Source: Dehalococcoidia bacterium
Lineage (GTDB): Bacteria > Chloroflexota > Dehalococcoidia > Bin125
Assembly: GCA_963663235.2 (NCBI GenBank)
Contig: CAXXNO010000012.1
Span: 352,001 to 416,000 of the forward strand
Direction: 5' to 3'
Length of the DNA stretch: 64,000 nucleotides
The notes beneath the pieces were generated by a model that worked only from the letters and a program-made list of their open reading frames with translations, was not told the DNA's origin and ran no database searches. Positions 9,149-17,734 of the stretch are shown here, in pieces. Both the position numbers and the translations under genes were made by a program. The stretch's first letter is position 1. Each line of letters starts with the position of its first letter.

Positions 9149-10678
9149 ATGCCCATGCCGCTCCTCGAGACGGGCAGCCTCGCGCTCATCCCCTCTTGGC
9201 AGGTGGGCGTCGAGCAGTACCCCGCGGTCGACTTCCCCAAACTCGCCCGCGAGGGCTACCGGCAGAACGAGGTCGTCTACGCCTGCATCCGGGAGATCGC
9301 CACCACCGCCGCGGAGGTCCGCCTCCGGCTCCAGGACCGGGACGGCGCTCCCCTCCTCGACCACCCCCTCCAGCGCCTCCTCGAGCATCCCAACCCCCAG
9401 CAGTCCGCCTTCGAGCTCTGGGAAAGCCTCCTCACCGATCTCCAGGTCTTTGGCAACGCCTTCCTCTTCAAGGAGCACGACCCCGTCGTCTCTCTGGACC
9501 CGGACCGCGGCTTCGACGCGCTGGCGCCCAACGCTTCCGTGGGGAGCATCTGGAAGCTCCGGCCCGACCGCATCACCATCGTCCCCGGCGACCGTCGCCT
9601 CGTCGACGCCTACATCCACCGCGTCGGCGAGCGCGAGACCCGCCTCGACCCCGCCGACGTCATCCACTTCCGGCTCAGCGATCCGCTCAGCGACCTCTGG
9701 GGCCTCTCCCCCCTCGAGGTCGCCGCCCGCCAGATCGACATCGACACCGAGGCCTCCAAGTTCATCGACGCCTTCTTCCGCAACGCCGCCGTCCCCTTCG
9801 GCCTGATCAAGCTCAAGCGCACCCTCCGCGGCGGCGAAGACGAGGCCCGCCGCATCGGCCGGCGCTGGAGCGACCGCTTCCGCGGCCTCCTCGGCCGCTT
9901 CCAGGTCGGCGTCCTCGATGCCGACGCGGAGTTCCAGCGCATCGGCCTCACGCAGGAGGAGATGGCCTTCCCCGAGATCCGCGCCCACACCGAGGCGCGC
10001 ATCTGCGCCGCCTTCCGCGTGCCGCCCATCCTCGTCGGCGTCAAGGTCGGCCTGGACCGCGCCACCTACAGCAATATGGCCGAAGCCCGGCGCCTCTTCT
10101 GGCAAAACACCATGCTCGCCCTCTACCGGCGCGTCGAGAGCAAGCTCGATGCCGACCTCGTCCCCGCCTTCGCCCGGCCCGGCGACTCCCTGTGCGTCCG
10201 CTTCGACTTCAGCGACGTCGCCGCCCTGCGCGAGTCGCGCGAGAGCCTGGAGCGCTCCGCCATCGCCGGGCTGCGCGCCGGGGCGCTCACCATCAACGAC
10301 GCCCGCCGCCGCTTCGGCTTGGAGCCCCTCCCCGACGGTGACGCGCTCTTCCACTCCGTTCGTTCTGAGCCCGTCGAAGGACGAACGGAGTGGAAGAGCG
10401 CGGCCTTCCGCTCCGGCCGGAGACCCTCGCCCCTCGCAACGGAGGACGGCCGTGACCCGCATCACCGGCTACGCCGCCGTCTTCGGTCGCGCCGACAGCC
10501 AGGCCGACCGCATCGCCCCCGGCGCTTTCCTCGCCTCCCTCGCCCGACACGCCGGCCGCGTGCCGCTGCTCTGGCAGCACGACATGGCCGAGCCCATCGG
10601 CCGCCTCACCACCATGCGCGAGGACGACATCGGCCTCTGGTTCGACGCCGACCTGTCCGGCAGCCGCCGTGCCCGTGA
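9149..10678 (+). CDS. Phage portal protein, HK97 family (3' end probably aberrant run-on)
   Basis: VVYACIREIA, LLEHPNP, FGNAF, DVIHFR, GLSPLE, ICAAFRVPPILVG, TINDARRRFGLEP. Confidence 0.92.
   Translation: MPMPLLETGSLALIPSWQVGVEQYPAVDFPKLAREGYRQNEVVYACIREIATTAAEVRLRLQDRDGAPLLDHPLQRLLEHPNPQQSAFELWESLLTDLQVFGNAFLFKEHDPVVSLDPDRGFDALAPNASVGSIWKLRPDRITIVPGDRRLVDAYIHRVGERETRLDPADVIHFRLSDPLSDLWGLSPLEVAARQIDIDTEASKFIDAFFRNAAVPFGLIKLKRTLRGGEDEARRIGRRWSDRFRGLLGRFQVGVLDADAEFQRIGLTQEEMAFPEIRAHTEARICAAFRVPPILVGVKVGLDRATYSNMAEARRLFWQNTMLALYRRVESKLDADLVPAFARPGDSLCVRFDFSDVAALRESRESLERSAIAGLRAGALTINDARRRFGLEPLPDGDALFHSVRSEPVEGRTEWKSAAFRSGRRPSPLATEDGRDPHHRLRRRLRSRRQPGRPHRPRRFPRLPRPTRRPRAAALAARHGRAHRPPHHHARGRHRPLVRRRPVRQPPCP
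10342..10402. repeat. 22-bp perfect inverted repeat built around a family-A hairpin core
   Basis: CGCGCTCTTCCACTCCGTTCGT...ACGAACGGAGTGGAAGAGCGCG with TCTGAGCCCGTCGAAGG loop. Confidence 0.85.
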
Positions 10679-10949
10679 CGCCGCCGCCCTTCTCCAGGCC
10701 GGTGCGCTGCGCGAGTGCAGCATCGGCTTCCTCCCCCGCCGCATCGCCTTCGAGCGGCGCGGACAGGAGCGCGTTCGCGTCCTGCAACAGATCGATCTCA
10801 TCGAGATCAGCCTGGTAACTCTCGCGGCCAACCCATTGGCCCGCGTGATCAGCGTCGATGGCGCCTCGCTCGGGCCCGGACCGCCCATTGGCACGAGCGC
10901 ATCCATATGGCGCCGACGGCTCGCCGCCGTCGCCCCCACCCGCGATTAG
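10452..10949 (+). CDS. HK97-family prohead protease
   Basis: GTG after GGAGG; ITGYAAVFG, DRIAPGAF, LLWQHD, CSIGF, LIEISLVTLAANP. Confidence 0.92.
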   Translation: MTRITGYAAVFGRADSQADRIAPGAFLASLARHAGRVPLLWQHDMAEPIGRLTTMREDDIGLWFDADLSGSRRARDAAALLQAGALRECSIGFLPRRIAFERRGQERVRVLQQIDLIEISLVTLAANPLARVISVDGASLGPGPPIGTSASIWRRRLAAVAPTRD

Positions 10950-10966
10950 AAGTAAGGAGTGCTGCT

Positions 10967-12229
10967 TTGCCTACGCTCAATGCGCTACGCGACTAAGCCC
11001 GCAACACGCTGACCGAAGCTCGCGGGCTCTTGGAAACCCACAACGGAGCCGAGACCTCCCTCCCGCCCGAGACCGCCGCCCGTGTCGATGCGCTGATCGC
11101 GCAGGGACGCGAGGAGTGGCAGGCCTATGAGGCCGCCCTGGCCGAGCGCGAACGGCGCTACCAACTCGGCGAGCTGGAGCACGACCTGCAACGCGCGCCC
11201 GCCACCTGGACCGACCCCAACGCCGGCGCCGCGCCCGCCCCCACCGCCGGCCGCGGCGACACGGACGCCATCTATCGCAAGGCGTTCGAGCGCTACATCC
11301 ACCACGGCGAACGCTCCGTGCTGGCCCTCGGCGCCCCCTACATCAAGGCGCTCACCGAGGGCACCGACAGCGAGGGCGGCCACCTGGTGCCCATCGACTG
11401 GCAGGCGCAGATCTTGCAGGCCGTCGGCGCCCGCGCCGGCCTGCGCCGCTTCGTCACCGCCATCCCCACCGGCCGCGACGCCATCGAGTGGCCCACCATC
11501 GAGGGCGCCGATGACATCCACGCCAGCGCGGTGCGCCGCACCTGGGTCGATGAGCAGCCCGCCGAAGGCGCCGCCGACACCGAGCCCACCTTCGGCGCGA
11601 TCCGCATCCCCGTGCACACGGCCATGCTCACCACCAAGGCCAGCCGCAACCTGGTCGAGGACAGCGCCGTCCCCTTCACCACCATCCTCACCAACCTCTT
11701 CGCCGACGAGGTCCGCCTCAGCGACGAAGAGGCGTTCCTCACCGGCGACGGCGTCGCCAAGCCGCTGGGTCTCCTCTCGACCACCGACATCCCCACGGTG
11801 AACAGCGGCAACGCCGCCCTGGTCACCGCCGATGGCCTCCTGGACCTCTTCTACGGCGTCCCCGCCCAGTACCGCGACAACGCCATCTTCGTCATGACCA
11901 GCGCCACTGAGGACGCGGTCCGCAAGCTCAAGGACTCCAACAACCAGTACCTCTGGATCGGCGGCTTCGCCGCCGCCCCGGAGACGCTGCTGGGCCGCCA
12001 GGTGCTCAGCTCGGAGTTCATGCCCGCCGTCGCCGCCAACGCCACTCCCATCGCCTTCGGCGACTTCAGCCGCTACGTCGTGGCGGACCGCGTGGGCTTC
12101 TCCATCCAGCGCATCGACGGCGACCAGCAACTCGCCGAGAAGAACCAGATCGGCTTCGTGGGCCGGCAGCGCGTCGGCGGCCGCGTGGTGCAGTCGCGCG
12201 CCTTCCGCTTCCAGAAGATCGCCGTCTAG
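10967..12229 (+). CDS. Major capsid protein, HK97 fold (in-frame TAA at 10994-10996; intact ORF from TTG 11030)
   Basis: EGGHLVP, EEAFLTGDG..KPLGLL, LKDSNNQYLW, TLLGRQV, IAFGDFSRY, RQRVGG; RBS AAGGAG precedes TTG 10967. Confidence 0.92.
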
Positions 12230-12297
12230 CGCCGCAACCTGATGGCCGCTGTGCACTCGGAGCTTTCCCAAAACCCACGCCTACAGGAGTTGGCAAA

Positions 12298-12711
12298 ATG
12301 ACCATCAAAGAAGCGCTCAAGTACGACACCGGCCAGATCGACCCCGACGCCTACGCCGCCTCGACGGTCAACGGCGCCTGGGTCTCTATGGCCGACTTCA
12401 CCGAGGCCGCCGCCATCGTCGTCGTCGGCGCCATGGCCGCCGGTGCAACGGTGGATGCCAAGCTCCAGCAGGCGAAGGACGCCGCCGGGACCGGCGCAAA
12501 GGGCATCACCGGCAAGGCCATCACCCAGCTCACTCAGGCTGGCGGCGACGGCGATGAGATCGTCACCATTCCGCTCCGGGCCGAAGAGATCGACATCGCC
12601 AACGCCTTCACCCACATCCGCGTCCAGGTCACCACCGCCGTCGCCAACGTCGACTACGGCGCGGTCCTGATCCGCGGCGGCGCCGGCCACCACCCGCAAA
12701 CCAACGCGTAA
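12298..12711 (+). CDS. Phage structural protein after MCP (probable capsid decoration/cement)
   Basis: AGGAG RBS; position after MCP; beta-rich NGAWVSM...DAKLQQAKDAAGTGAK...FTHIRV. Confidence 0.6.
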   Translation: MTIKEALKYDTGQIDPDAYAASTVNGAWVSMADFTEAAAIVVVGAMAAGATVDAKLQQAKDAAGTGAKGITGKAITQLTQAGGDGDEIVTIPLRAEEIDIANAFTHIRVQVTTAVANVDYGAVLIRGGAGHHPQTNA

Positions 12712-12723
12712 CACCTCTTGTTT

Positions 12724-12845
12724 CCCCTCTCCATCCTTCCGTCCTGGGAAGGATGGAGAGGGGGCAAGGGGTGAGATTTCCATGCCCCTCATCGCCAGCG
12801 CCAACAGCAACATTCCGCTCGTCCTGAGCCTGTCAAAGGGCGACC
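12724..12845 (+). repeat. Family-B plus family-A palindromes
   Basis: CCCCTCTCCATCCTTCC...GGAAGGATGGAGAGGGG and GTCCTGAGCCTGTCAAAGGGCGA. Confidence 0.8.
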
Positions 12846-12871
12846 GGGCGACTCGCTAGAAGCAACCAGAT

Positions 12872-13390
12872 ATGCCCCTCCTCACCACCGCCGACATCCG
12901 CCCCCACGTCGAGACCGCCCTCGACGACACCGCCCTCCAGCGGATCGTCGATCGCATCGACGCGGACGTCGTCGCGCGCGTCGGGCCGCACTCCGGCCCC
13001 CTGACCGAGGTGGTGGCCGGCCGGACGCAGTCCGTCTACGTCCGCCGGCCCATCGCCTCCGTCACCACCGTGCGCGAGGGCAACGTGATCGACGCCGGCG
13101 CGACAACGCTGACCGTCGACACTCACTACCGCCTCTGGGCCGCCGAGGGCCGCCTGGAGCGGCTGCCCGCCGGCGCCGGCTTCGGCCAGCTTGTGGAGGT
13201 CGTCTACACGCCCGTCGACGACACCGAGCAGCGCAAGCGTGTCCTGCTGGAGCTCGTCCGCCTGGACCTGGCCCAGAGCGGTCGCCTGCGCGAGGCCGTC
13301 GGGCGTGACTACGACTACGCCGCCCTCGACTACGGAGGACACCGCGAGGCGCTCCTCCGGGAGCTCTATCCGTTCTTGACCTTGGAATAA
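12872..13390 (+). CDS. Head-tail adaptor (gp6/gp15-like)
   Basis: MPLLTTADIRPHVET..DDTALQRIVD; RRPIASVTTV insertion; synteny. Confidence 0.7.
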   Translation: MPLLTTADIRPHVETALDDTALQRIVDRIDADVVARVGPHSGPLTEVVAGRTQSVYVRRPIASVTTVREGNVIDAGATTLTVDTHYRLWAAEGRLERLPAGAGFGQLVEVVYTPVDDTEQRKRVLLELVRLDLAQSGRLREAVGRDYDYAALDYGGHREALLRELYPFLTLE

Positions 13391-13406
13391 GCGAAGGGAG
13401 CCCTTA

Positions 13407-13742
13407 GTGGCCCGAGTCACTGTACCCCTGCAGACCCTGGACCCGGAGGATTCCGTGGTCCTCAGCTACACCGCCGCCGACGCGACCAACGATCACGCCT
13501 TCACCAACACCGGCCGCGTGCTTTTGCTCGTGAAAAACGGCGGCGGTTCCAGCGTCACCGTGACCATCGTCTCCACGCCCGACGCCCGCGGCCGCACCGG
13601 CGACGAAGTGCGCGCGGTCGCCGCCGCCACCGACGCCCTCTTCGGCCCCTTCCCGCGACAGGGCTGGAACCAGTCCGACGAGTCCGTCCACGTCGATCTC
13701 AGCGCCGATACCAGCGTGCAGCTGGCGGCGATCGTGATCTAG
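13407..13742 (+). CDS. Phage structural protein (hypothetical)
   Basis: GGGAG RBS; FTNTGRVLLLVKNGG...FGPFP; within the neck module. Confidence 0.6.
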   Translation: MARVTVPLQTLDPEDSVVLSYTAADATNDHAFTNTGRVLLLVKNGGGSSVTVTIVSTPDARGRTGDEVRAVAAATDALFGPFPRQGWNQSDESVHVDLSADTSVQLAAIVI

Positions 13743-13759
13743 GAAAGCTGAGGCGGAGC

Positions 13760-14095
13760 GTGATCGGTGGGTTGGTTCATCGCTGTACGGTCTCCCGGCC
13801 GCTGGACGGGCCGGTTGACGCCTACGGCCGCCCCGCGCCCGCGGGCTACGCCGCGGAGGCCCGATCCCTCCGCTGCCGCTTCATCGCCGGCAACGACCGC
13901 GATGCCCCGCGCCTCCTCTTCCCCGCCGACGCCGATGTCGCCGCGGGCGATCGGATCGGCGCCGTTGAAGACGGCGCGGGACGGGTGGTGGACGCCGGAC
14001 CGTTCGCCGTGCTCGCAGTGACAACCGGATCGGGACGGGCGCAGGTCGCCTATCGCAGCGCGCTGCTGCAACGCATCGCACCGGAGAAAGCATGA
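13760..14095 (+). CDS. Head closure / stopper protein (gp16-like)
   Basis: HRCTVSR..DAYGRP, DVAAGDRI; synteny. Confidence 0.65.
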   Translation: MIGGLVHRCTVSRPLDGPVDAYGRPAPAGYAAEARSLRCRFIAGNDRDAPRLLFPADADVAAGDRIGAVEDGAGRVVDAGPFAVLAVTTGSGRAQVAYRSALLQRIAPEKA

Positions 14096-14448
14096 GCACT
14101 CGATTCCGCCTGCTGCGCTGGGAGCCCCACCTCGCCGTCGACACCGTGCACCGGCGCGCCGACCGCTGGCTGGCGCGGGCAGCGGCCTTGGGGAGCGCTG
14201 CGGCCCGGGAGCGCGCGCCCGTGCGCACCGGCTTCTTGCGCTCCTCCATCATCCCGCTGCCCGTTCGACGCCTTGGTGGTCGCTCCACGGCGGGCATCTG
14301 GGCGGCGGCGCCCTACGCCCTCTGGGTGGAGATCGGCACCCGCCGCATGGCGGCGCAGCCCTACCTCCGCCCCGCGCTCAACGCCGTCCGCACCGCCGCC
14401 GCCGACCTCATGGCGCAGGTCCGCGCCACCGAGAGGACCATTCAATGA
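14092..14448 (+). CDS. HK97 gp10-family tail completion protein
   Basis: APVRTGFLRSSI, YALWVEIGTRRMAAQPYLRPAL. Confidence 0.88.
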   Translation: MSTRFRLLRWEPHLAVDTVHRRADRWLARAAALGSAAARERAPVRTGFLRSSIIPLPVRRLGGRSTAGIWAAAPYALWVEIGTRRMAAQPYLRPALNAVRTAAADLMAQVRATERTIQ

Positions 14449-14867
14449 CGCCCCTCACCGGCTCAGAAACTCCGTTCGTCCTGAGCCTCAAGTCTGGCGA
14501 AGGGCCTGCAGAGCGGCAGGCAGCCCCGCCCGATCGCCATACGCCCCCTCTCCATCGCTTGCCGATGGAGAGGGGGCCGGGAGGTGAGGTTCCCTCTCCT
14601 GCCCCGTTCGCCCTGAGCGAAGTCGAAGGGCGAACCGCTGACACCCGTGCCCTTCCCCCTCACACTCCCCCTCTCCATCGCTTGCCGATGGAGAGGGGGC
14701 CGGGGGGTGAGGTTCCCTCTCCTGCCCCGTTCGTCCTGAGCGGAGTCGAAGGAGAACGGGGCAGCCCAGCTGTCCTCCTTGCGCCTGTCGAAGGAGGGCC
14801 GGGGGGTGAGGTTCCTCTCCACGCCGCCGAACCGACCGAAGACACGACAAGCCGAGACCGCCGATGA
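14445..14867 (+). repeat. Repeat array forming a 140-codon ORF coupled to both neighbours
   Basis: Two B copies (14544, 14667; period 123 bp) plus four A copies; ATGA overlaps at both ends. Confidence 0.8.
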
Positions 14868-15282
14868 CCCTCCCCGCCGACCCCGTGGCCGCGGTGCTGA
14901 CCTACCTCCGCACCGACCCCGACTTGCTCGCGTTGGTGGGCGATCGCATCTACGGCGCCGGCCGGCCGGAGAGCGGCCCGGCCTCGCTGCCCGCGCCGGC
15001 GCTCACGCTGACGCCGGTGGGGGGGCCGGCGCACCGCGACCTCCCGCTGGCTGACGTGGAGATGGAGATCCGCTGCTGGGCGGCCTGGGCGTCGACGGCG
15101 CCGTTCGGGCCGTGGCCATCTGGCGCGCCATCCATCGCGCCCTCAACGTCAGCGATCGCGTGGCCGCGAACGCCCGCTTGCTCTGGGCGGTGGAGGTCAG
15201 CGGCCCCGCCCTGCTGCGCGATCCCGATACCCAAGAACCCTTCGTGCGCTGCGGCGTCCGCGCCGCCACCGCCGACGACTGA
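14864..15282 (+). CDS. Tail terminator (gp17-like), frameshifted near 15080
   Basis: LLALVGDRIY..P; adding one G to TGGG at 15077-15080 gives GGLGVDGAVRAVAIWRAIHRAL...SGPALLRDPDTQEPF*. Confidence 0.65.
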
Positions 15283-15299
15283 GTGAAAGGAGCTGCATC

Positions 15300-15857
15300 G
15301 TGCCGGTCAAGCTGCTGGTCGGATCCGGCCGACTCTATCTCAACGCGGAAGCGGCGGCCATGCCCGCCATCGACGCCGACCCCGTCGCCGCCGGCTGGAC
15401 CGACCTCGGCGCCATCGCCGGTGGCGTCACGGTCGAGCGGGAGCAAACGCTGGAGGAACACTTCGTCGACCACGAGACCGGCCCGGTCGACGTGAGCCGC
15501 ACCGCCGAGGCGCTGATCATCGAGACCAGCCTGGCGGAGCCCACGCTCGCCAACCTCGGGCGCGTCCTCAATGACCTCACCCCCACCTCTGCGGCAGGCC
15601 CGCCCGCCACCGAGCGCCTCGGCAGCTACCGCGGCGCGACCGTCGCTCGGCACGCCTTGCTCTTCCGCGCCGGATCGCCGGAAGGCGCGGGCAAGACCGG
15701 CCAGACCTACGTTGCCCGCGGCTACTTCGCCGGCGACGTCGGCCTCGCTCACCGCAAAGACGAGCAGACCCTCGTCCCCGTCGAGTTCCGCGCCCTGGTG
15801 CACGAAGCCGCTGCCACTTCCTCCGAACGCTTCGGAGTCACCGTCTATGAAACCTAA
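15300..15857 (+). CDS. Major tail (tube) protein
   Basis: AAGGAG RBS; LLVGSGRLY, GWTDLGAIAGGVTV, TSLAEPTLANL, VPVEFRAL. Confidence 0.82.
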   Translation: MPVKLLVGSGRLYLNAEAAAMPAIDADPVAAGWTDLGAIAGGVTVEREQTLEEHFVDHETGPVDVSRTAEALIIETSLAEPTLANLGRVLNDLTPTSAAGPPATERLGSYRGATVARHALLFRAGSPEGAGKTGQTYVARGYFAGDVGLAHRKDEQTLVPVEFRALVHEAAATSSERFGVTVYET

Positions 15858-15994
15858 CGCTTCCCAATCCAGGGCGCGGAACCCGGCCCGCGACGCTCGC
15901 CGAGCGGGCCAAAACAACCCAGCCGCGCCCTCGTGCACGAAGCCGCCGCCACCTCCTCCGAACGCTTCGGAGTCACCGTCTATGAAACCTAACC
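15792..15994 (+). repeat. ~68-bp direct repeat duplicating the tail-tube 3' end and the next start (period 135 bp)
   Basis: GTGCACGAAGCCGC..CCTCCGAACGCTTCGGAGTCACCGTCTATGAAACCTAAC occurs twice. Confidence 0.9.
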
Positions 15995-16827
15995 AGCCTC
16001 CCCCTCCCCCGCCCCCTCTCCATCGCTCGCCGATGGAGAGGGGGCCGGGGGGTGAGGTTCCCACTGAGCTCGTCGAAGGAGGGCCGGGGGGTGAGGTTCC
16101 CTCTCCTGCCCCGTTCGTCCCGAGCGAAGCCCAAGGGCCTGAAGAACGGCAAGCAACCCCGCCCGATCCCCACACTCCCCCTCTCCATCGCTCGCCGATG
16201 GAGAGGGGGCCGGGGAGTGAGGTTCCCACTGAGCTTGTCGAACGAGCGCCGGGCGGTGAGGTCCCCTCTCCTACTCCGTTCGTCCTGAGCGAAGCCCACG
16301 GGCCTGAAGAACGGCAAGCGACCCCGCCCGATCCCAACACTCCCCCTCTCCATCGCTCGCCGATGGAGAGGGGGCCGGGGGGTGAGGTTCCCACTGAGCT
16401 TGTCGAACTAGCGCCGAGCGGTGAGGTCCTTTCCGCCGCCACCCCCCTCCAGCGCCTCCTCGACCTCGACGCCGGCCGCCTGCCCCCGCTCGTCGTCCGC
16501 GTCGACGGCCGCGACGTGCCCCTGCGCCTGCCGGAGAGCCTCTCCCTGGCCGACACGCTCCGCCTCGGCGATCTGCTCCGCGCTCTCGCCGACCCAGCCG
16601 CCACGCCCCAACGCTTCGACGCCGCGGCGGCGGAAGTCGTCGCCCTGGTCGCGCCCCCTCTCGGCCCGGACGGCCCCACGCCCCTGCCGCCGGGGCAGGC
16701 CCGCCGCCTCGTGGCCTTTTACGCCGCGCACCTCGCCCGCGCCGCCGAGGCGCTGAGCGGAGCGGACGGCATGCTCCCTTTTGCGATGGCGCAGCCGCTG
16801 GCCGCGTCTGCGCCCGGATCGCCATGA
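15847..16827 (+). CDS. Tail assembly chaperone (gpG-like) with in-frame repeat-derived N-terminal extension
   Basis: ATG 15847/15982 after GGAG; core LDLDAGRLPPLVVRVDGRDVPLR from ~16450; slippery site at the end. Confidence 0.65.
   Translation: MKPNASQSRARNPARDARRAGQNNPAAPSCTKPPPPPPNASESPSMKPNQPPPPPPPLHRSPMERGPGGEVPTELVEGGPGGEVPSPAPFVPSEAQGPEERQATPPDPHTPPLHRSPMERGPGSEVPTELVERAPGGEVPSPTPFVLSEAHGPEERQATPPDPNTPPLHRSPMERGPGGEVPTELVELAPSGEVLSAATPLQRLLDLDAGRLPPLVVRVDGRDVPLRLPESLSLADTLRLGDLLRALADPAATPQRFDAAAAEVVALVAPPLGPDGPTPLPPGQARRLVAFYAAHLARAAEALSGADGMLPFAMAQPLAASAPGSP
16012..16430 (+). repeat. Tandem 165-bp composite palindromic units (about 2.5 copies)
   Basis: B copies at 16012, 16177, 16342 interleaved with A-type hairpins. 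Confidence 0.9.
16776..16782 (+). other. -1 programmed frameshift site C CCT TTT (G/GT)
   Basis: X XXY YYZ in the chaperone frame; the -1 frame is open into ORF 16824-17099. Confidence 0.7.
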
Positions 16828-17099
16828 CGTACCACCTCTCACTGCGCACGCAACTGGCGATGCCGATGGCGGAGTGGGCCTGCTACGCCACCCAACTCGC
16901 GCCCCTGGAGGCGGAGCGATCCCTCCGCGACGCGGAAGCGGCGGCGCTGCCCTGGATGGGTTCCGCCGATCGGCGGCGCGCCGTCGGCCGTCTCCACCGC
17001 CTCGCCTTCGCCGACCTCGATGCCGCGGCCCCGCTTCCCATCGACGGGCTCGCGCTTCGTCATCAAGCGGCCCAGCCCTCCAGGAAAGGTCATCGCTGA
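16824..17099 (+). CDS. Tail assembly chaperone gpT-like segment
   Basis: Between chaperone and tape measure; reached by the -1 shift; TGATG overlap with the tape measure. Confidence 0.65.
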   Translation: MTYHLSLRTQLAMPMAEWACYATQLAPLEAERSLRDAEAAALPWMGSADRRRAVGRLHRLAFADLDAAAPLPIDGLALRHQAAQPSRKGHR

Positions 17100-17734
17100 T
17101 GGTCGAAATCGCCGATGCGGTCCTCACCCTCAGCACCGACGACGGCCCGCTGCAGGCCGGTCTGGCCCAGGCGGAGACCTCCATCCGGGATTCCTTGGCG
17201 CGCATGGAAGCCGTCTTGCGCGATGGCGCCCTCAACACCGGCGAGGAGCAGGTGGCCCTGGCCCAGGCCGCGACGGCGCTCGTGGTCCTCACCATCTCGA
17301 TGGCCGGCATCCCCCCGGCGGCGACGACCGCCTCCATCTCGCTCACCAATCTGAGCCGGGCCGCATCGGACTTCGGCGCTGCCGCGACTGTCGCCGCGAC
17401 GCAAGCCCGCCTCGCCGCCCTCACCATCACCGCCGCCTTCGCGCGGGTGCTCGCCAGCGCCAGGGCAGCGCTCGCCGCGCTCAATGCGGCGGCGGCGGCA
17501 CGCGGCGCTGCCGCTCCCGGCCCGGCGACGTCAACCGGTGTGGTCCCGCCCCTCGCCGCGCGCGCCCTACCCCCCGGACGCGCGGCCGCCGCGGCCCGAC
17601 CCCCCCTCGGTCCGCTGGTCGGAACGCTCAACGTCACCGTCGATCGTGAACATCCCCGTGCCATCCAGGCGGGCGTCGAGCGCGCCTTGATCGAGCTCGC
17701 TGAACGCGCCGAGCTCGCGGGAGCGCTGGACTGA
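17099..17734 (+). CDS. Very short tape measure protein (211 aa)
   Basis: Position after G/GT and before Dit; N-term MVEIADAVLTLSTDD..LQAGL; Ala-rich helical; AGGAAAGG RBS. Confidence 0.72.
   Translation: MVEIADAVLTLSTDDGPLQAGLAQAETSIRDSLARMEAVLRDGALNTGEEQVALAQAATALVVLTISMAGIPPAATTASISLTNLSRAASDFGAAATVAATQARLAALTITAAFARVLASARAALAALNAAAAARGAAAPGPATSTGVVPPLAARALPPGRAAAAARPPLGPLVGTLNVTVDREHPRAIQAGVERALIELAERAELAGALD

Noticed and set aside
16012-16430. Regularly spaced palindromes as a CRISPR array
   Set aside because: The intervening sequences are themselves repeated rather than unique spacers
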